Positions 1-13,726 of a DNA stretch of 64,000 nt are shown one piece after another. The DNA is from Takakia lepidozioides. Lineage: Eukaryota > Plantae > Bryophyta. The DNA lies in assembly GCA_030704615.1 (NCBI GenBank), contig CM060733.1, positions 73,098,001-73,162,000 on the forward strand. The letters run 5' to 3'. The position numbers and the translations under genes are program-made. Positions within the stretch are counted from its first letter, which is position 1, and each line of letters begins with the position of its first letter. The notes under the pieces were generated by a model. That model saw only the letters and a list, made by a program, of their open reading frames with translations. It did no database searches and was not told the origin of the DNA.

Positions 1-63
1 CAAATTACAAATAATGAGTAGCTAGCATAATATTCAACGGGACGCAAATTCGTCCAACTCACC

Positions 64-1660
64 TCCCGCATATAATCGCCGAACTGGAGGAAACGATAAT
101 GTCACCATGCTAGCCAACTGACCATTGCTCCCTCGTCTGATTTCTTTACAGCACCTGACGTTGTCCACCAAGCCCGTATACATGCAAACTGTGTCTCTGC
201 ATCATCTAAGGTGGGAGCACGTTTCCACGCAAGACACATGGAACGGTGCTCCTCTATGAAATCTGGCGCCACGAGCCTGGTTGTGTACTGCGACAAGCTC
301 TGCAGAAAATGGAACCTACAAGATCTCTCCTTGCTTTTCATCGGAACACTGGGGTCTTCCCCGTACACCCTTCGGATGGCAGCCCAATTTGCTTGTGCGT
401 TGTCCGCCATGAAACCACGGAAATTGGGAGGGGGCAATCCTGCCCTGGCCATCTGTTCGTTTATTCCCTGCCAAAGAAGCATCTCCGATTGTGTGTCCTC
501 TCGTTTCATCTCACAAATAACAATTGTCATTAGTATCCTGCAGTGGGTGTCGTAGACATGTGCACCCATTGTCACCCACTGGTGATTTGTAATTCGCTTG
601 ATATGGTCGAACATGACCCAACTGTTTGACAAGTCCCCACTCGTCATCCGGTGGACCAGTTCGACGCCGCTGCCAGGCCCTCACGTTGACATTTTGAATA
701 CGAAACAGCGATCTGCCTCAGTCCCTTGTCCTGGAAACCTACTTCCATGAATGTAGTCATATCCACATCGTCGCTTCACCTCCAGAATGGAGTGCATATC
801 CGAGCCAGGCCCAATTCTCTGTTTGCAGGAGACAATGTGGTTTCGGACATTCGGTGAACAGACGTGGAACACTGACTCCAGCAATGCCTCCATTTCCTTC
901 TCATCGAGAGGAACTCCGTCGGAGCCATCTTCCGACATAGTTCTGGCCAATGACATCTTATGGGCGGCCTGCAGCTGTATCTGTTTGGGTTTGGCACCAG
1001 GTCTCAACTTAACCTCCTCCTGCAGGAGCTGCTCTGCCTCGTGGGCAGCCTCCCGCGAGTTCCCCCTCGCCAATTTGTGACAATGGGAACCAACGTGTAT
1101 GCAAGCTCGTGTGAGGTCAGGGAAACGGTGCAACACATAGAACTGCTTGGCATTACAAACAGACATGCAATGTGGTGGTTCTTTGCAATGCGCACACTTA
1201 AATGTGGAGTTTGGAACCTTCTCCTAAGCTCGAAATGGTTGATGAGTTGTGCCTGTCCAATCCGTCTCGTTCCTGTGACCTCTGGATTTAAAGTGGAAGC
1301 AAGTTGGAGAGAAACACCGCAACGCGCCCGCACAAACAACGTAGCGCACCCGCACACCATCGAGCATCTTCATGCTGGTGGTTTTGGTGACGCACCAAGG
1401 ATGACCGTCATGTTTCCTATCCATATCTGTCAACATTCCGGACGCCCTCGAATAGTCCGTTCGAGGAGGGAACTCAAAGAAGATATTACCGTCGACGTCT
1501 GCGGGAAGGCATGTAACGGATTTAATTGCAAACTTGCTGTAGTCCAGGAATGCGGCCCCTGGCCTTTGCGCAATAATTGCCAACGATATGACCAGTGCAG
1601 ATGAGCTGCACAAACCGATAATTGTGGCGTCTGACAAGAAGCATGGGGGGGCGAGTGTGC
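64..1660 (-). pseudogene. MULE-type DDE transposase with GCM/WRKY-like Zn region, copy A
   Basis: ORFs 1224-, 681- and 102- are one frame broken by stops at 1224, 681 and 102. Motifs: DGHPW..T, C.G.L.C....C, ACIHVGSHCH, MFDH, FMADNAQANW, RSCRFHFLQ. The exon ends at a GTGAGT donor near 63, the same position as in the other copies. Confidence 0.75.
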
Positions 1661-1769
1661 AAGCACCTTCCCATGGACAGAGGGAACTGACAGAGGTGGC
1701 ATTCCAGTGGGTCTGATTGCAAGATTGAGTGCGAGACCCTCGCTGCCAAAAGTCAACACCGACACCTGG

Positions 1770-2495
1770 AGAGGCCGACACCTGGCCGACAGAGAACATC
1801 CCTCGGATGGAAAAAGGGCGCCGAATTTCCATCCGAGGCCGTTCGGGTGAAGTCGTCTCGTGGGGAAAGGCCGACACCTGGCCAACAGAGAACATCCCCC
1901 GGATGGAAAAACGGCGTCGAATTTCCATACGAGGCCCGTCGGATGAAGTCGTCTCGGGGAGAGAGGCCGACACCTGCCCAACAGAGAACATCCCTCGGAT
2001 GGAAAAACGGCGCCGAATTTCCATCTGAGGCCGTTCGGGTGAAGTCGTCTCGTGGGGAGAGGCCGACACCTGGCCGACAGAGAACATCCCCCGGATGAAA
2101 AAACGGCGCCCAATTTCCATACGAGGCCCGTCGGATGAAGTCGTCTCGGGGGGAGAGGCCGACACCTGGCCGACAGAGAACATCCCCCGGATGAAAAACC
2201 GGCGCCCAATTTCCATACGAGGCCCGTCGGATGAAGTCGTCTCGGGGGGAGAGACCGACACCTGGCCAACAGAGAACATCCCCCGGATGGAAAAACGGCG
2301 CCGAATTTCCATACGAGGCCCGTCGGATGAAGTCGTCTGTGGGGGAGAGGCCGACATCTGGCCGACAGAAAACATCCCTCGGATGGAAAAACGGCGCCGT
2401 ATTTCCATCCAAGGCCGCACGGATGGAGTCGTCTCGGGGGGAGTGGCCGAAAGAGATCATCTGCAGGATGGAAAAACGGTGCCGAATATCCATCA
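1770..2495. repeat. Tandem array of 96-bp units (7 full + 1 partial), each with a ~38-bp palindrome
   Basis: GGCCGACA anchors at 1773, 1869, 1965, 2061, 2157, 2253, 2349, 2445. Each unit carries (CCTCG)GATGGAAA-N3-GGCGCC-N3-TTTCCATC(CGAGG). Degenerate copies continue to ~2810. Confidence 0.95.
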
Positions 2496-3309
2496 ACAGA
2501 CACCCGTATCGACCCTTCATCAACAATTTTCATTCGTTTTTTGCAATTTTTTGTCTAATCAGTCACTCAACTTAGAGTTTTTCGCCTGCGGTCCACTTTT
2601 TGGCACGTTATGCCCACCAATGTCGTCCGGTAGAGACATCGGTGCCGGATTTCCATCCATGAGGTGGACCGACTTACTTGCAGGATGGAAATTCGGCGCC
2701 GGTTTTCCATCCAGCTGCTTCTGGATGAGAACGTCTCGGGCGGAGGAGGGCCACGGTGCGTCCCACTTCATCCGCTGAATGGAAATTTGGCGCCGTTTTT
2801 TCCATCCAGTGGGCTGTTGATGAAGTCTCGGGGGGAGGGTGGGCCAGGTGGCGCCTGTGGGCGACCTCCATACCTACATTTAAGGGCGCAGTTGCGCATT
2901 AAATGTCCTCCGCCGTCTGTTTTGAACCGGACGTTCCACACGGATACCGCGCTTGCTTCCCGGATATGCCTTCGACACCTGATGTGACGGGTCGATGAAG
3001 TTCCATTCGAGGCATGTATGCACGCATTCTGCGGGAGATTTTTTCTTTTACTCGGACTTATGCCGCGTGGAGAAGGGCGTGGCTCTCCTGAGAGAAACCC
3101 CACATCCAGACCGCGTCGCAAACTAAAGCCTTTGTACTACGGGCGGCAATGCGGCAATGCCGACCAGCCAAACGATGACAAAGCGGCAACGCGCCTTCTG
3201 TACAGGTACATATGCGTTGCCTTTCTTTGATCCGTGGCCATTGTAGTCCCTACATTTCCAGGATGTAAGTTGCCTTATGTGGCGCATGAAAATTAGTTGT
3301 GAAGCCCCT

Positions 3310-3740
3310 AGAAAAATGGCGCCGAATTTCCTGTTTCCGGCCATGGGGCGGATGGCTAAGCCCCGGGGGTGGCTGGCACAGTCTGGAAATTCGGTGCCAT
3401 TTTTCCAGTTCCGGGCCCAGTCAATTCTGGGACTTAGCCATTTTCGGACCCTGAACTGGAAAAATGGCGCCATATTTCCAGTACAGGGTCCAAAAATGGC
3501 TAAGTCCCTGGGGCGGATGGCACATATTCTGGAAATTTGGCGCCATTTTTCCAGTTCCGGGCCCAGTCATTTCTGGGACTTAGCCATTTTCGGACCCTGT
3601 ACTGGAAAAATGGCGCCATATTTCCAGTATATGGCTAAGTCCCTGGGGCGGATGGCACATATTCTGGAAATTCGGCGCCATTTTTCCAGTTTCGGGCCCA
3701 GTCAGATCGGACTTAGCCATTTTCGGACCCAGCCTAGAAA
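3310..3740. repeat. Second array of GGAAA-N3-GGYRCC-N3-TTTCC palindromes with long inverted flanks
   Basis: About 6 motif copies. 3430-3507 is a ~78-bp near-perfect inverted repeat (GGACTTAGCCATTTT...AAAATGGCTAAGTCC). Confidence 0.9.
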
Positions 3741-3776
3741 AATGGATGTGATTCTGTCTGTGTTTTTTGAATGCAG

Positions 3777-5268
3777 GTACTGTAAGTTCTTCCTGTTGGA
3801 GAAAGGTCATCTGTCCTTCGAGCCGCCATTCTTCCTCGCATTCCTGGAGGAACCCTGGAGCTGACTCCATGTACACTGACGTTATCGTGAAGGAGTGGCA
3901 TCTGGAGCATTTGCGCGACTGCCCTTGGTATGTGGACCTTCCGCTCGGTTCGCTCGACTTATCCGAGTTCCAATTGAAGCTGGATGCGGAGGCTCGACGA
4001 AACCGGGCTCCGCTGCCTCCGCTGGGTCCAAAGGAGGCGAAAGCGCTTGCCAAGTCCAGGAAAGCGGCAGAGCTTGCTCAGGCAGGTATTCAGGAGAAAT
4101 TGAATGAGAAGAATAAAGGACAAATGAAAATGACACGGAAACAAAGGAGTAAAGTAACCCCCAAAAAACAGAAAACCACCGGGGCACTAGAGGAGGCGCA
4201 GGAGGGGCCCCAAGGGAGTGACTCCGACGACGACTTTGTGCAAGGTCCTGCGACTACTGCTGCTGCTACCAAGTCACCGGTCGTCCGGGTTCCCAAGTCA
4301 GTTCGGACTGGGATTGGCTCTGCCAAGAAGTTGGCATTTGAGGGCAAGCCTACACGGCGGTATTCGGCGGTGATGTTTCCGCAGAGGCCAAAGCTAGAAT
4401 CCCCAACTATCATCCAATGCGTCAATGAGAGCTTCCTTGACGCTCTGGCTGCCAGGGCGAAGAAGGTGGCACACAGTAAGTCTCTGGAGGAGCTGAAGGG
4501 GAAAGCCAAGAAGAGGGCTGCTGCTACAGAGCCTAAAGACACCCCTGGTTTGGAAGCCATGATGGAATTCTTCACGGCTGTGAGCACGGATTGCAAGAGC
4601 ACTCGGGGGGGGGGGGGGGGGTTTGAGGTGGAGAGAGCCTGCGATATGATTCTCCTCGATATTCCAGATGGGGAGCTGCTGGAGGGCCTGGATGGTGTGC
4701 CCACCTGGAACAGGTTTACGGAGGACTACTGGAGAGCCGGGTTTGGGCTGGCGGGGATGCTCCTAGATGACGGTGGATGTATGGTGGTCCTTGCCACAAG
4801 AGGGAAGACCACAGAGAATGTTGTGGCAAGGTGGACACCGAAAAGTGTCACCCCGGTCCTCCTCAAAAAATGGTTCTGCATCAATACGCAGGGGTTGCGA
4901 ACAGAGGGCCAGAGTGTAAGTTATCAATCTATTGCATTCACTTCATATTGTGGTGTATCTAAACTAGACCCTTGAGTGGATCCCTCTTTTGTTGGATGTG
5001 CAGACATTGGTGTTTGAGGCATATTGTTTTGTGAAGAGAGGGTCTACGTTCAAATTCCGCAATGACGGTCGTCTTGTTGATGCCGCTGTGGACCCTGTTA
5101 CCTACGATGTCCTCTACAACTATGTGCCCCAATCTAGTATGCCGAAGGACACAAAGACAGGCAAACCGTGGCGGTACAGCCGGACCCGGAGCCCTGCTTT
5201 CATCCAAACCCTTATGGAGACGTGCTCGGATGTCCAAGGGCGGATTCTTGACCTCGCATGCGGCACGG
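3777..5268 (+). pseudogene. Beta-class N6A/N4C DNA methyltransferase-like gene, copy A (3' truncated)
   Basis: Long Lys-rich N-terminus, then CDMILLDIPDG (~4640-4672), intron 4916-5003, then RSPAFIQTLMETCSDVQGRILDLACGTG ending at a donor at 5269. The following exon is missing. Confidence 0.75.
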
Positions 5269-5729
5269 GTAAGCCTTCACGTGCACATTTTGTCCCCTGG
5301 CTCGATTGCAATTGCATGTCGCGTGCTATTAAGTTGCAACTATGTTGCGTGCAGCCTTTTTATACTATGCTTGAAAGAGCCGTTACAGTCTGCGGTCGTT
5401 AATGACCGTTTGTCTAACTGCCTACGCAACCTAAAAGGTTTGCTAAAAAGTGGCTCGTTGCAGTGGTTGTGAGCCATAGTGGTAAATAGTCCACTACTCC
5501 CTCTATTGGTTAAAGTCGATGCTAACGTGACCGTGTGATATCGTGGTTCACAACCCACGATTACTACACTACCCACTACTGCTCCCGTGGTAATATACCC
5601 TTGTTCCGCCATTTGTTAAGTACCGCGTACTTAGCCGTTTCTGTCTGTGGCCAGGTAGTGTACGTTCATCACTACCCGGTATATCCTGTTGTGACCCTCG
5701 TTGTCTGGCCCTCGTAGCATAGCCGTTAT

Positions 5730-8700
5730 CAACAGCCCCTTTTGCTGTTGTTCCTCATCCTGCACAAGAGCTATGGAAACATCATCTTGCGGTTTCCTTG
5801 AAGCTAGTGGATCTGCCACTACAGTCACATCCCGCTTCTGTCTCTTGGACTGGCATTGCCCCTCCAATCCCCCTTCACCTTGTGAAAAGCCCTGCTCCTC
5901 AATTGCAGTTGTGGCTGTCTCAAATAGTCCGATCTCCTTGCGTTCCCGCGCATCAAGCAAACAAGAGTCAAGGATAATTTGGGCAATTATTGGGCCAGAC
6001 ACAATGATCGGGGACTTAGGAGTAGTATTTTGTAACCGCTTCATCTCCTCCACCAGACCATTGTACATCAACTCCGCCCAAGCCACATCCTCTCCCCTCA
6101 AGGCTTTCAATACCTCCTCCGTGAAAGATCTGCTAAGGTACTGTTGGTTCTGTTTCATGGCAAATAGAACGTTCAGTATTTGGCCAACTTCCCTTAACCC
6201 TGGGTACTCGGCCTTGGTGCAGGTGTATCCCTGGGTCTTAAAGAAACTTGTTTCTTGGAACAAATCCCCTATCTGCAATCTTGCCTTGTGCTCATCCATA
6301 TTCACATGGCCCGATGACAATTCAAATAGTTGCTGCAAGTACTGGGGAATAATCTTTATATCTACTCCCCTCACCTGTGTAACTCCTGTCCGAGGTTCAA
6401 AGTTCTGAATGAATTGAATCATGAACCCCCGATGATGTAAGGACCATTCTTTGTGTAGCATCACTTCCAATCGCAACTCTTTCAGCAGCTGCACCGCCTG
6501 TGGTGTGGCAATTGTCTGCTTCTGTAGAATCGTGGTGCTCTTCACCCTGGTATCCTCCATTCCCCTAATTCTCTTCATCCCAGACAAACAAAAAGGCCTT
6601 GTTTGGAATAGTTGTAGGAAAGCTTGCAGGGCGTAAAGCATGAAAGTATGGTTGGCACAGAAAGGAACGGGTAAGTGAGTGTAAGCCTGTGGGGCTTGCA
6701 AGTAGTGAGTGAGAGAGAATGTCCTTTCAACCCGTCCGTCCTTGCGCCACTGCGTAAGAAGTAAAGCTAGCGTATAGTCTGTGATATCTGCCATAGCTAC
6801 AAAGCTATAGCTTTGATTGCCCCTCCCGTCGAGACGCTGGTTATTCGGAGCAACCCCGACTCTTCCGCTCATAACTTTTCTAATTTCTTGTTCTTGTTTC
6901 TTGGAGGGAACCACTTGCATGAAATTCACGTTCCTCATTGGCTGTTGCCTCAACGGGTAACTTCTCAATTTTACCCCATCTGTTTACATTCCCACTTGGA
7001 ATGCCCACTAGGACAACACATGTGGCAGAGGACCCCCTTTGTTGTACACGTAAAGGGTTCCGTTACCTGCTCCCTGGATGCATTAATGGACCCGCAATTA
7101 ATTTCGGCTGCTCTACCGGGTAGGTACTTCGACGGCCCAGTTTGTCTTCTTGCATGATGACACCCGCTATTGTAGTACATGTAAAGCGGAGTGCTTTGCC
7201 CCTTAGGCCACGTGTTTGAATACAAACTCTCTTCCGTCTCCCTTTGTCCGCGTGGGTTTTTTTCCGAGTTTGACTTCCAAGCTGACCTTACACTTACCGG
7301 CCACTTTTCTGACGTTAACCTGCGTCCACTGGTCACTGACCCTATGGACTGTGCAACCCGCGTGGGCTGTGTTGGGCTGTGACAGACTGTGTCAAACTGT
7401 GGTGAGCTGTGATAGGCTGTGTTACACTGTGGTGGGCTGTGATATGTTGTGTTAAACTGAGGTGGCTGTGTTGTGCTGTGTTAAATTGTGGTGGGCTGTG
7501 ATGGCTGTGTGAACACCCGTGTTCTCTTTTATGGCCATACACATTTGGTTTAACAACAAGTGCTTCATGCTCCGTTGGTGTTACTGGTGTAGGCTGTGAT
7601 GACATCTGTGTTTCAAGATGCAAATCATGCTGCAATGGTTTGTCATGGATACCACTGTATCCCTTCAACTTATTGGCATTGACTCTTCCAATCATCTCTT
7701 TGTTAATGGTTTGTAACATGGTTGTGTTGTTATCATACATCTTCTATATGACATAAGGTCCTTTCCATGGCGACTTAAGCTTAGAAGCTTTAATCTTTCT
7801 CTTCTTCTGCAACCATAGTACCAAATCACCCGTCTTAAAAGTCTTCAATTTACCTTCATCAAACTGATCCTTCCTCTTCATCTGAATTCTGGTCATGTTA
7901 TCTGCTGCATCCGCACGTACTTCCTCCACATGATATAATTCATGTTTTCTGACTTTAATTGAATCCTCGAATTCCATTCTTCTTCCCCATTCCGTTCTCA
8001 TAGTAGGTAATAAGAATTCTACTGGAAGTAAAGCTTCAATACCATAAACTAATTGGAATGGTGTATACTTGGTTGTGACTTTATATGAAGTCCTGTATGG
8101 CCACAAAGCTGTCAATAGCTTTTCATCCCAATCCGTTTTGTTTGCATTGACTATCTTATCCAAGATAGTGCATAGTATTTTGTTGGTGGCCTCTGCCTGC
8201 CCATTGCCCTGTGGGTAATAGGTTGTACTCTTCCTGTGCACAATCATGAACTGTTTTGTCAATAATTCTATGGTCTCATTAATGAAATGACTTTCCTGGT
8301 CACTGATAAATTCCAAAGGACAGCCAAATCTCGTGAGTATGTTCTCATACAGGAACCTTGCTGTGGACTTAGCTGTGTTGTCCTTCAGAGCCTTAGCTTC
8401 CACCCACTTTGTAGTATAATCAGTGGTTGTGATTATATATTTGTTCTGTGTATTCCTGGCTGGTGGATTAATTGGTCCAACAAAGTCTAGTCCCCATTTT
8501 TGAAATGGTTCAGTAGGCATCGTAGGACGCAAAGCCATCTTCCCATATCTTTGCAAAGGTCCTAGCCTCTGACACTCATCACAACTCTTGCAATACTTGT
8601 GTACATCTTTGAACAAAGTAGGCCACCAATAACCTGCAAGTAATATTTTTCTACTGATAGTCTCCTCTCCAAAATGTCCTCCAGCCACTCCTTTATGAAC

Positions 8701-8984
8701 TTCCTCCAAGACTTTATTTACTTCATGGTGGTACAAGCATCGTTTAAGAACTCCATCAGGTCCTAGCTTATATATTCTGCCACCTATCATAGTATAGGGT
8801 AAAGCCTTGATAGCTATTCTCTTCCTATGTTCCTTCCGATAACTGGGTGGGCACTGACCATGAGTAAGGTAGTCTCTGATTGGCCACTGCCAATCTAACC
8901 AATCATCTGCACTTCCTTGCACCTCCACTGCAAATAGACTCGCAATCAGGTAATTGGTCGTCTACTCCCGTGGCGGGCTCTCCT
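5730..8984 (-). mobile_element. Ty3/gypsy non-chromovirus fragment: integrase plus 3' extension
   Basis: HHCC zinc finger and KWGLDF / SDQ / NGQAE integrase core (7744-8928). Colinear with 19410-22395 on the plus strand. Confidence 0.92.
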
Positions 8985-9360
8985 CACTAGTACAGAAACT
9001 GGTTTTTTTAACGGCTCTTCTCACACATTTTGGTGTGAAAAAAGCGCAAGTTCACACCCCCCCTTGGTGTTAGGTTAACCTAGTCCTTTGCACCACATGT
9101 GAACTTTCTTGGTCTTGTGAAAAAAACCATCTCACACCAAACTTGCACCTGATGTGGCAGTAGGCTTAGGTGGCTCTTTTGACGGATATTTTGACGGTCG
9201 TTTTGACTGGTTAGTTCAACTACTATTTTGACTAAGTAATCTTAATGGTCTTTCTACGGTACTTATTACACCTCGGCGCCACCATGTTTGCCACATGTAT
9301 GTCAAAGGGAATGCCACGTAATAGAGTCCATCAGAATTATTAAATAAATAATAGATATTA
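8985..9360. mobile_element. CACTA (En/Spm) terminus
   Basis: CACTAGTACAGAAACTGGTTTTT at 8985. Subterminal AACGGCTCTTCT is shared with the terminus at 13727. Inner boundary is approximate. Confidence 0.8.
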
Positions 9361-10896
9361 AGGGCTCTTCTTACGGACTCTCTCACACAGATTTAACACC
9401 AGGTTCAAGTCGTGGTGTGATCGCAATGACACTAGTGTGAATACTGTCACATCCACTGTTTTGTTCCTATTGGATGAAAAGTAAACAATTATTATTTGTT
9501 GACAAATGCCAAAATGAATAGTCATATTATTATTATTATTATTCTTATAATAAATGGGATAGCACCCCAAAAGCCATTGGCTGCTTGATTTAAATGTAAT
9601 TATTGTTGTTTTAGAATTTTGATTTGTTTTGTTTCATTTAAACAAAAGCTTATTTAAAACATGGATAATAATTGTATTATGAACCACATTGACCAGTAGT
9701 AATGTTATTAATATTAAATATAGCAAACAACCAGCAAAATACCACATTCATGTCTACACAAGTTTAATTTGGCTTGATGTGGGAAAATGAAGTTGCCTTT
9801 GAACAAGGGGATCTTGTGATCATACGTGAGAATAGCAAGAGCATCAATTCAAAAAATATTGTTCATGTCAGAAGAGCAGTTTTTTGTTCACCTGTCTCAG
9901 CAACCTTCAATCCATAAAGAAAACTAAACTAAACTTGTAGCATCTTCAATATCACGCGTGTTTAATAAACTTTTCAGACCATAAGGTGGCACTTCCCTGC
10001 GTGTCACCCAATGTGGTATGATTAGGGGTAACAGAGTAGTCCGGGTACGGCAACACAACCTCTGAAATCATGACCGATTTCACATGGATACGGTGTCTGG
10101 CACATTTGCTTTCGGAAATCCAGCAATATATCCCACACCTGCCCTTCTTTTTGGTGCACAAGGATCAAACAATAACACCTTGTCGCCGATCTGAAACTGC
10201 AACAAAAACCAGATTCCTATATCAGAAATGAACCCTGGAGAACAGAGACTGACAGCTTGGCACTCCTGCAAAATGCATCCTCGTTCTTCCAGCAAACACC
10301 CCAACCCTACCTATTGCAGTACTTCCAATTCTGAATTGCATTTGCCTGTCTCTATACTCCATGCTGACATGATCAAAGGTGGAACGGTGCCATACCTAGT
10401 TGATAGCAGGTTCTGCACGGTCAACATGGATGTGGTAGGACGATGTCACAAAACTACCTTTGTAGGTTGTCAATCGTGCAGCTACACAGCGATACATAGG
10501 GGGTGTATTGATCCAGCATCAGACAAGGAAACAAAAGAGGACAAAGGAAGTACTTACACTGTGCGGATTTTGTTGGTCACCCCATGGTTCAGTTACATCC
10601 ACTGTGGTTGTAGTCTGATTGATAGCACATATTGTGCTTTCCCTGCCCATTGAACGCTTCACTGGTTTCACCATCTGCATATTGAATGACACATGATCAA
10701 AAAATGAGAATAGCACGAATGACACACATTGTGAAGTAGCATTAACAATACAAATCCACCCTCGCGCCCAAGCATTGAATCTTTTGCTCTCACATTTCTT
10801 TGATTATGCTTTGTTGTTGCATCGGGAGGCAAAGTCGTTGGAACTCTGGCAGCACTACTCTCGCTGCCATGTGGGAATGGTGGCGAGGTCTTACGA

Positions 10897-12850
10897 GTGT
10901 CGGAAACGCCCAAATCCGTGGGAGGGCGAATAAACCTTCTGTCAGCAAGGGAGTGGGCCGTGGAGGAGACACACGAGCCCCAGTTTTTGCTTTACATTAG
11001 AGAAGTGAAAGGAGAAGGCGATGGGGAGCCGAGCCCAGATTGGATCAAGGGGATTTTGGAGAAATACCAGGATGTGATGCCAGAGGATTTACCAAGCGGC
11101 TTGCCACCGCGAAGAGGAGTTGACCACAAGATTGAGGTGATACCGGGATCGGAACCGCCTGCCAAGGCGCCCTACTGGTTGAGCCACAGAGAGTTGGTCG
11201 AGCTGAAGACTCAGCTCAAGGATCTAATGTCAAAGGGGTACATCCGGCCGAGTAAGTCACCTTACGGAGCCCCGGTGCTATTTGCAGACAAGAAGGATGG
11301 GACGCTGCGGATGTGTGTCGATTACAGGGCTCTGAATAAGGTGACTATCAAAAACCGGTACCCTTTGCCAATGATCGACGACCTCTTCGATCGGTTGGCA
11401 GGAGCAAAGTATTTCAGCCGGATCGACTTGCGCTCCGGCTATCACCAAATTCGGGTGGCGGAAGGAGATGAGGAGAAGACCGCGTGCAGGACAAGGTATG
11501 GTTCATATGAGTTCTTGGTGATGCCTTTTGGGCTCACCAATGCACCAACGACATTTAGCACGCTGATGAACAGCCTTTTCCAGGAGTGTTTGGATGACTT
11601 TGTGATCGTGTACATCGACGACATCTTGGTGTACTCGAAAACAAAGGAGGAGCACCTGAAGCACCTCAAAAGGGTGTTCCAAAAATTGCGGGAAGGGAAG
11701 CTGTATGCCAAAGCTTCAAAGTGCGAATTCGGGGTCACAAAAGTGGAGTTCCTGGGGCATGTGATTACACAGGATGGGATCAAAATGGATGACAGAAAGG
11801 TGAGGGCGATCTTGGACTGGGAGCCTCCGACTTCGGTCCCGGGAGTGCGATCCTTCCAAGGACTCACCTCCTATTACCGGAAGTATGTGAGAAATTTCGC
11901 CAAGATCGCGGGGCCGCTGTCGGACCTTCTGTGTAAATCCAAAGTCTGGGTATGGAACACATTTTGTGGCCAAGCTTTTGCTGAATTGAAGCAGCGGATG
12001 ACGGAAGCTCCAGTCTTGAAAATCCCGGAGTTCGATCGTCCGTTTGAGATTCATACAGATGCATCGGACTTCGCGATTGGGGGTGTACTTATGCAAGATG
12101 GACGTCCAGTGGCTTACGAAAGTAAGAAACTGAATGAAGTGGAGCGACGGTGGCCGACGCACGAAAAAGAGATGAAGGCGGTGGTGCATTGCCTTGACCT
12201 CTGGCGCCACTATGTTGAACCCAGTGAAGGTGTTCACGGACAATGTCACGGTGAAGTATTTTGCCACGCAGCCCAAGTTGTCCCCAAAACAACTTAGGTG
12301 GCAAGATACTTTGGCAGTGTTCGACGTGGATATCCAGTACAAACCGGGACGGGACAATGTGGTGGCTGATGCTTTAAGTAGAAAGCAGCAGCTCTTGTTG
12401 GTGTACAAGGGCGAGACGACGCTCCAAAAGAAGATCCGGAAGGCTTGCCAGAAGGATGAGCTGGCAAAGTCCGTGATGCAGGACTTGAGGATGGGGGTTA
12501 AATCGCAGTTCCACTTGCAAAATGGACTACTCCGGTATAAGCAAAAGCGTCTCTACGTGCCGAAGGGAGGGATCAGGGATAGTCTCTTGAGAGAATGCCA
12601 TGATAGCCCGCTTGCGGGCCACGGCGGAGCCAAGCGCACTGCGGCACTCTTGAAGAAAGAGTATTTCTGGCCCAAACTGAGGGAGGAGGCAGAGGAGTAT
12701 GTCAAGACATGCACCTCATGCCAACAAAACCGGAGCGAGTACAAAAAGCAAGCGGGGCTGTTACAACCCTTGCCGATTCCAGAGGGAACTTGGGAAAGCG
12801 TCTCGATGGATTTCATGACTGCTATGCCGCTGTCAAAAGGATTCGATGCA
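10897..12850 (+). mobile_element. Ty3/gypsy chromovirus-type pol fragment (RT, RNase H, integrase zinc finger)
   Basis: [41 protein letters not shown]. Frameshift near 12215; truncated at the start of the integrase core. Confidence 0.93.
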
Positions 12851-13726
12851 TTGTAATGCACCAGCAACTTTTCAGAGAGTGATAAGTGAATCATTCCATG
12901 AGTATCTGGATTATTTCATGCAAGTGTTCTTAGATGACTTCAGTGTGTACAACTCTAAGAATGAGCACTTGCAGAAGTTGGAATTATGTTTGGCCAGATG
13001 TAGGATGAGAGGTCTTGGGTTGAATCCAGAAAAATGTACTTTCTATGTGAATTCAGAGGTACTTCTGGGACACATTGTGTATAAGAGGGGACTGCTTGTG
13101 GATCCCAGAAAGACAGAGGCCATTAAAGCATCTCCACCACCAGGAAATGTTAAAAGTCTAAGGAGATTTCTTGGACAAACCAGTTACTACAGAAGGTTTG
13201 TCAGACGGTATGCACAGATGGCAGCACCTTTGAGCAAGCTTCTGAAGAAGGATGCAGTGTTTACATGGACAGCTGAATGTCAACAGGCTTTTGAGGAACT
13301 TACATTGTCAGTAACAACTACACCTGTGTTGATTAACCCTCACTGGCATGTAGTATTTCATGTACACTGTGATGCCTCAGGAGAAGCATTGGGAGCTGTG
13401 TTAGCCCAAAATATCACAGGAAACATAGATTCACCTGTGTACTATGCTAGCAGGTTATTGAACAGTGCTGAAAGGAACTATAGCACCACTGAAAGAGAAG
13501 CATTGGCAATGATTTATGCAGTCAAGAAATTCAGGCATTATCTACTGGGAAGGAAGTTTATGTTTTATGTGGATCATCAGGCTTTGATTTATCTGGTGAA
13601 CAAGCCTTTGATAAGTGGCAGGATAGCAAGATGGTTAATAATCTTGCACGAGTTTGAATTTGAAGTTATTTACAAGCCTGGCCGTTTGCATCTTGTGGCA
13701 GATCACTTGTCACGCCTATCAACAGG
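12851..13726 (+). mobile_element. Ty3/gypsy non-chromovirus RT C-half and RNase H
   Basis: CNAPATFQR, VFLDDF, CDASGEALGAVL, RNYSTTEREALA, HLVADHLSR. Cut by a CACTA terminus at 13727. Confidence 0.92.

Noticed and set aside
1430-2778. Long repetitive ORFs in several frames on both strands
   Set aside because: A by-product of a stop-poor 96-bp unit that is a multiple of 3; no protein motif.
3777-5268. Bacterial contamination or a restriction-modification system
   Set aside because: The genes have GT-AG introns at conserved positions, are interleaved with plant TEs, and no endonuclease is visible.
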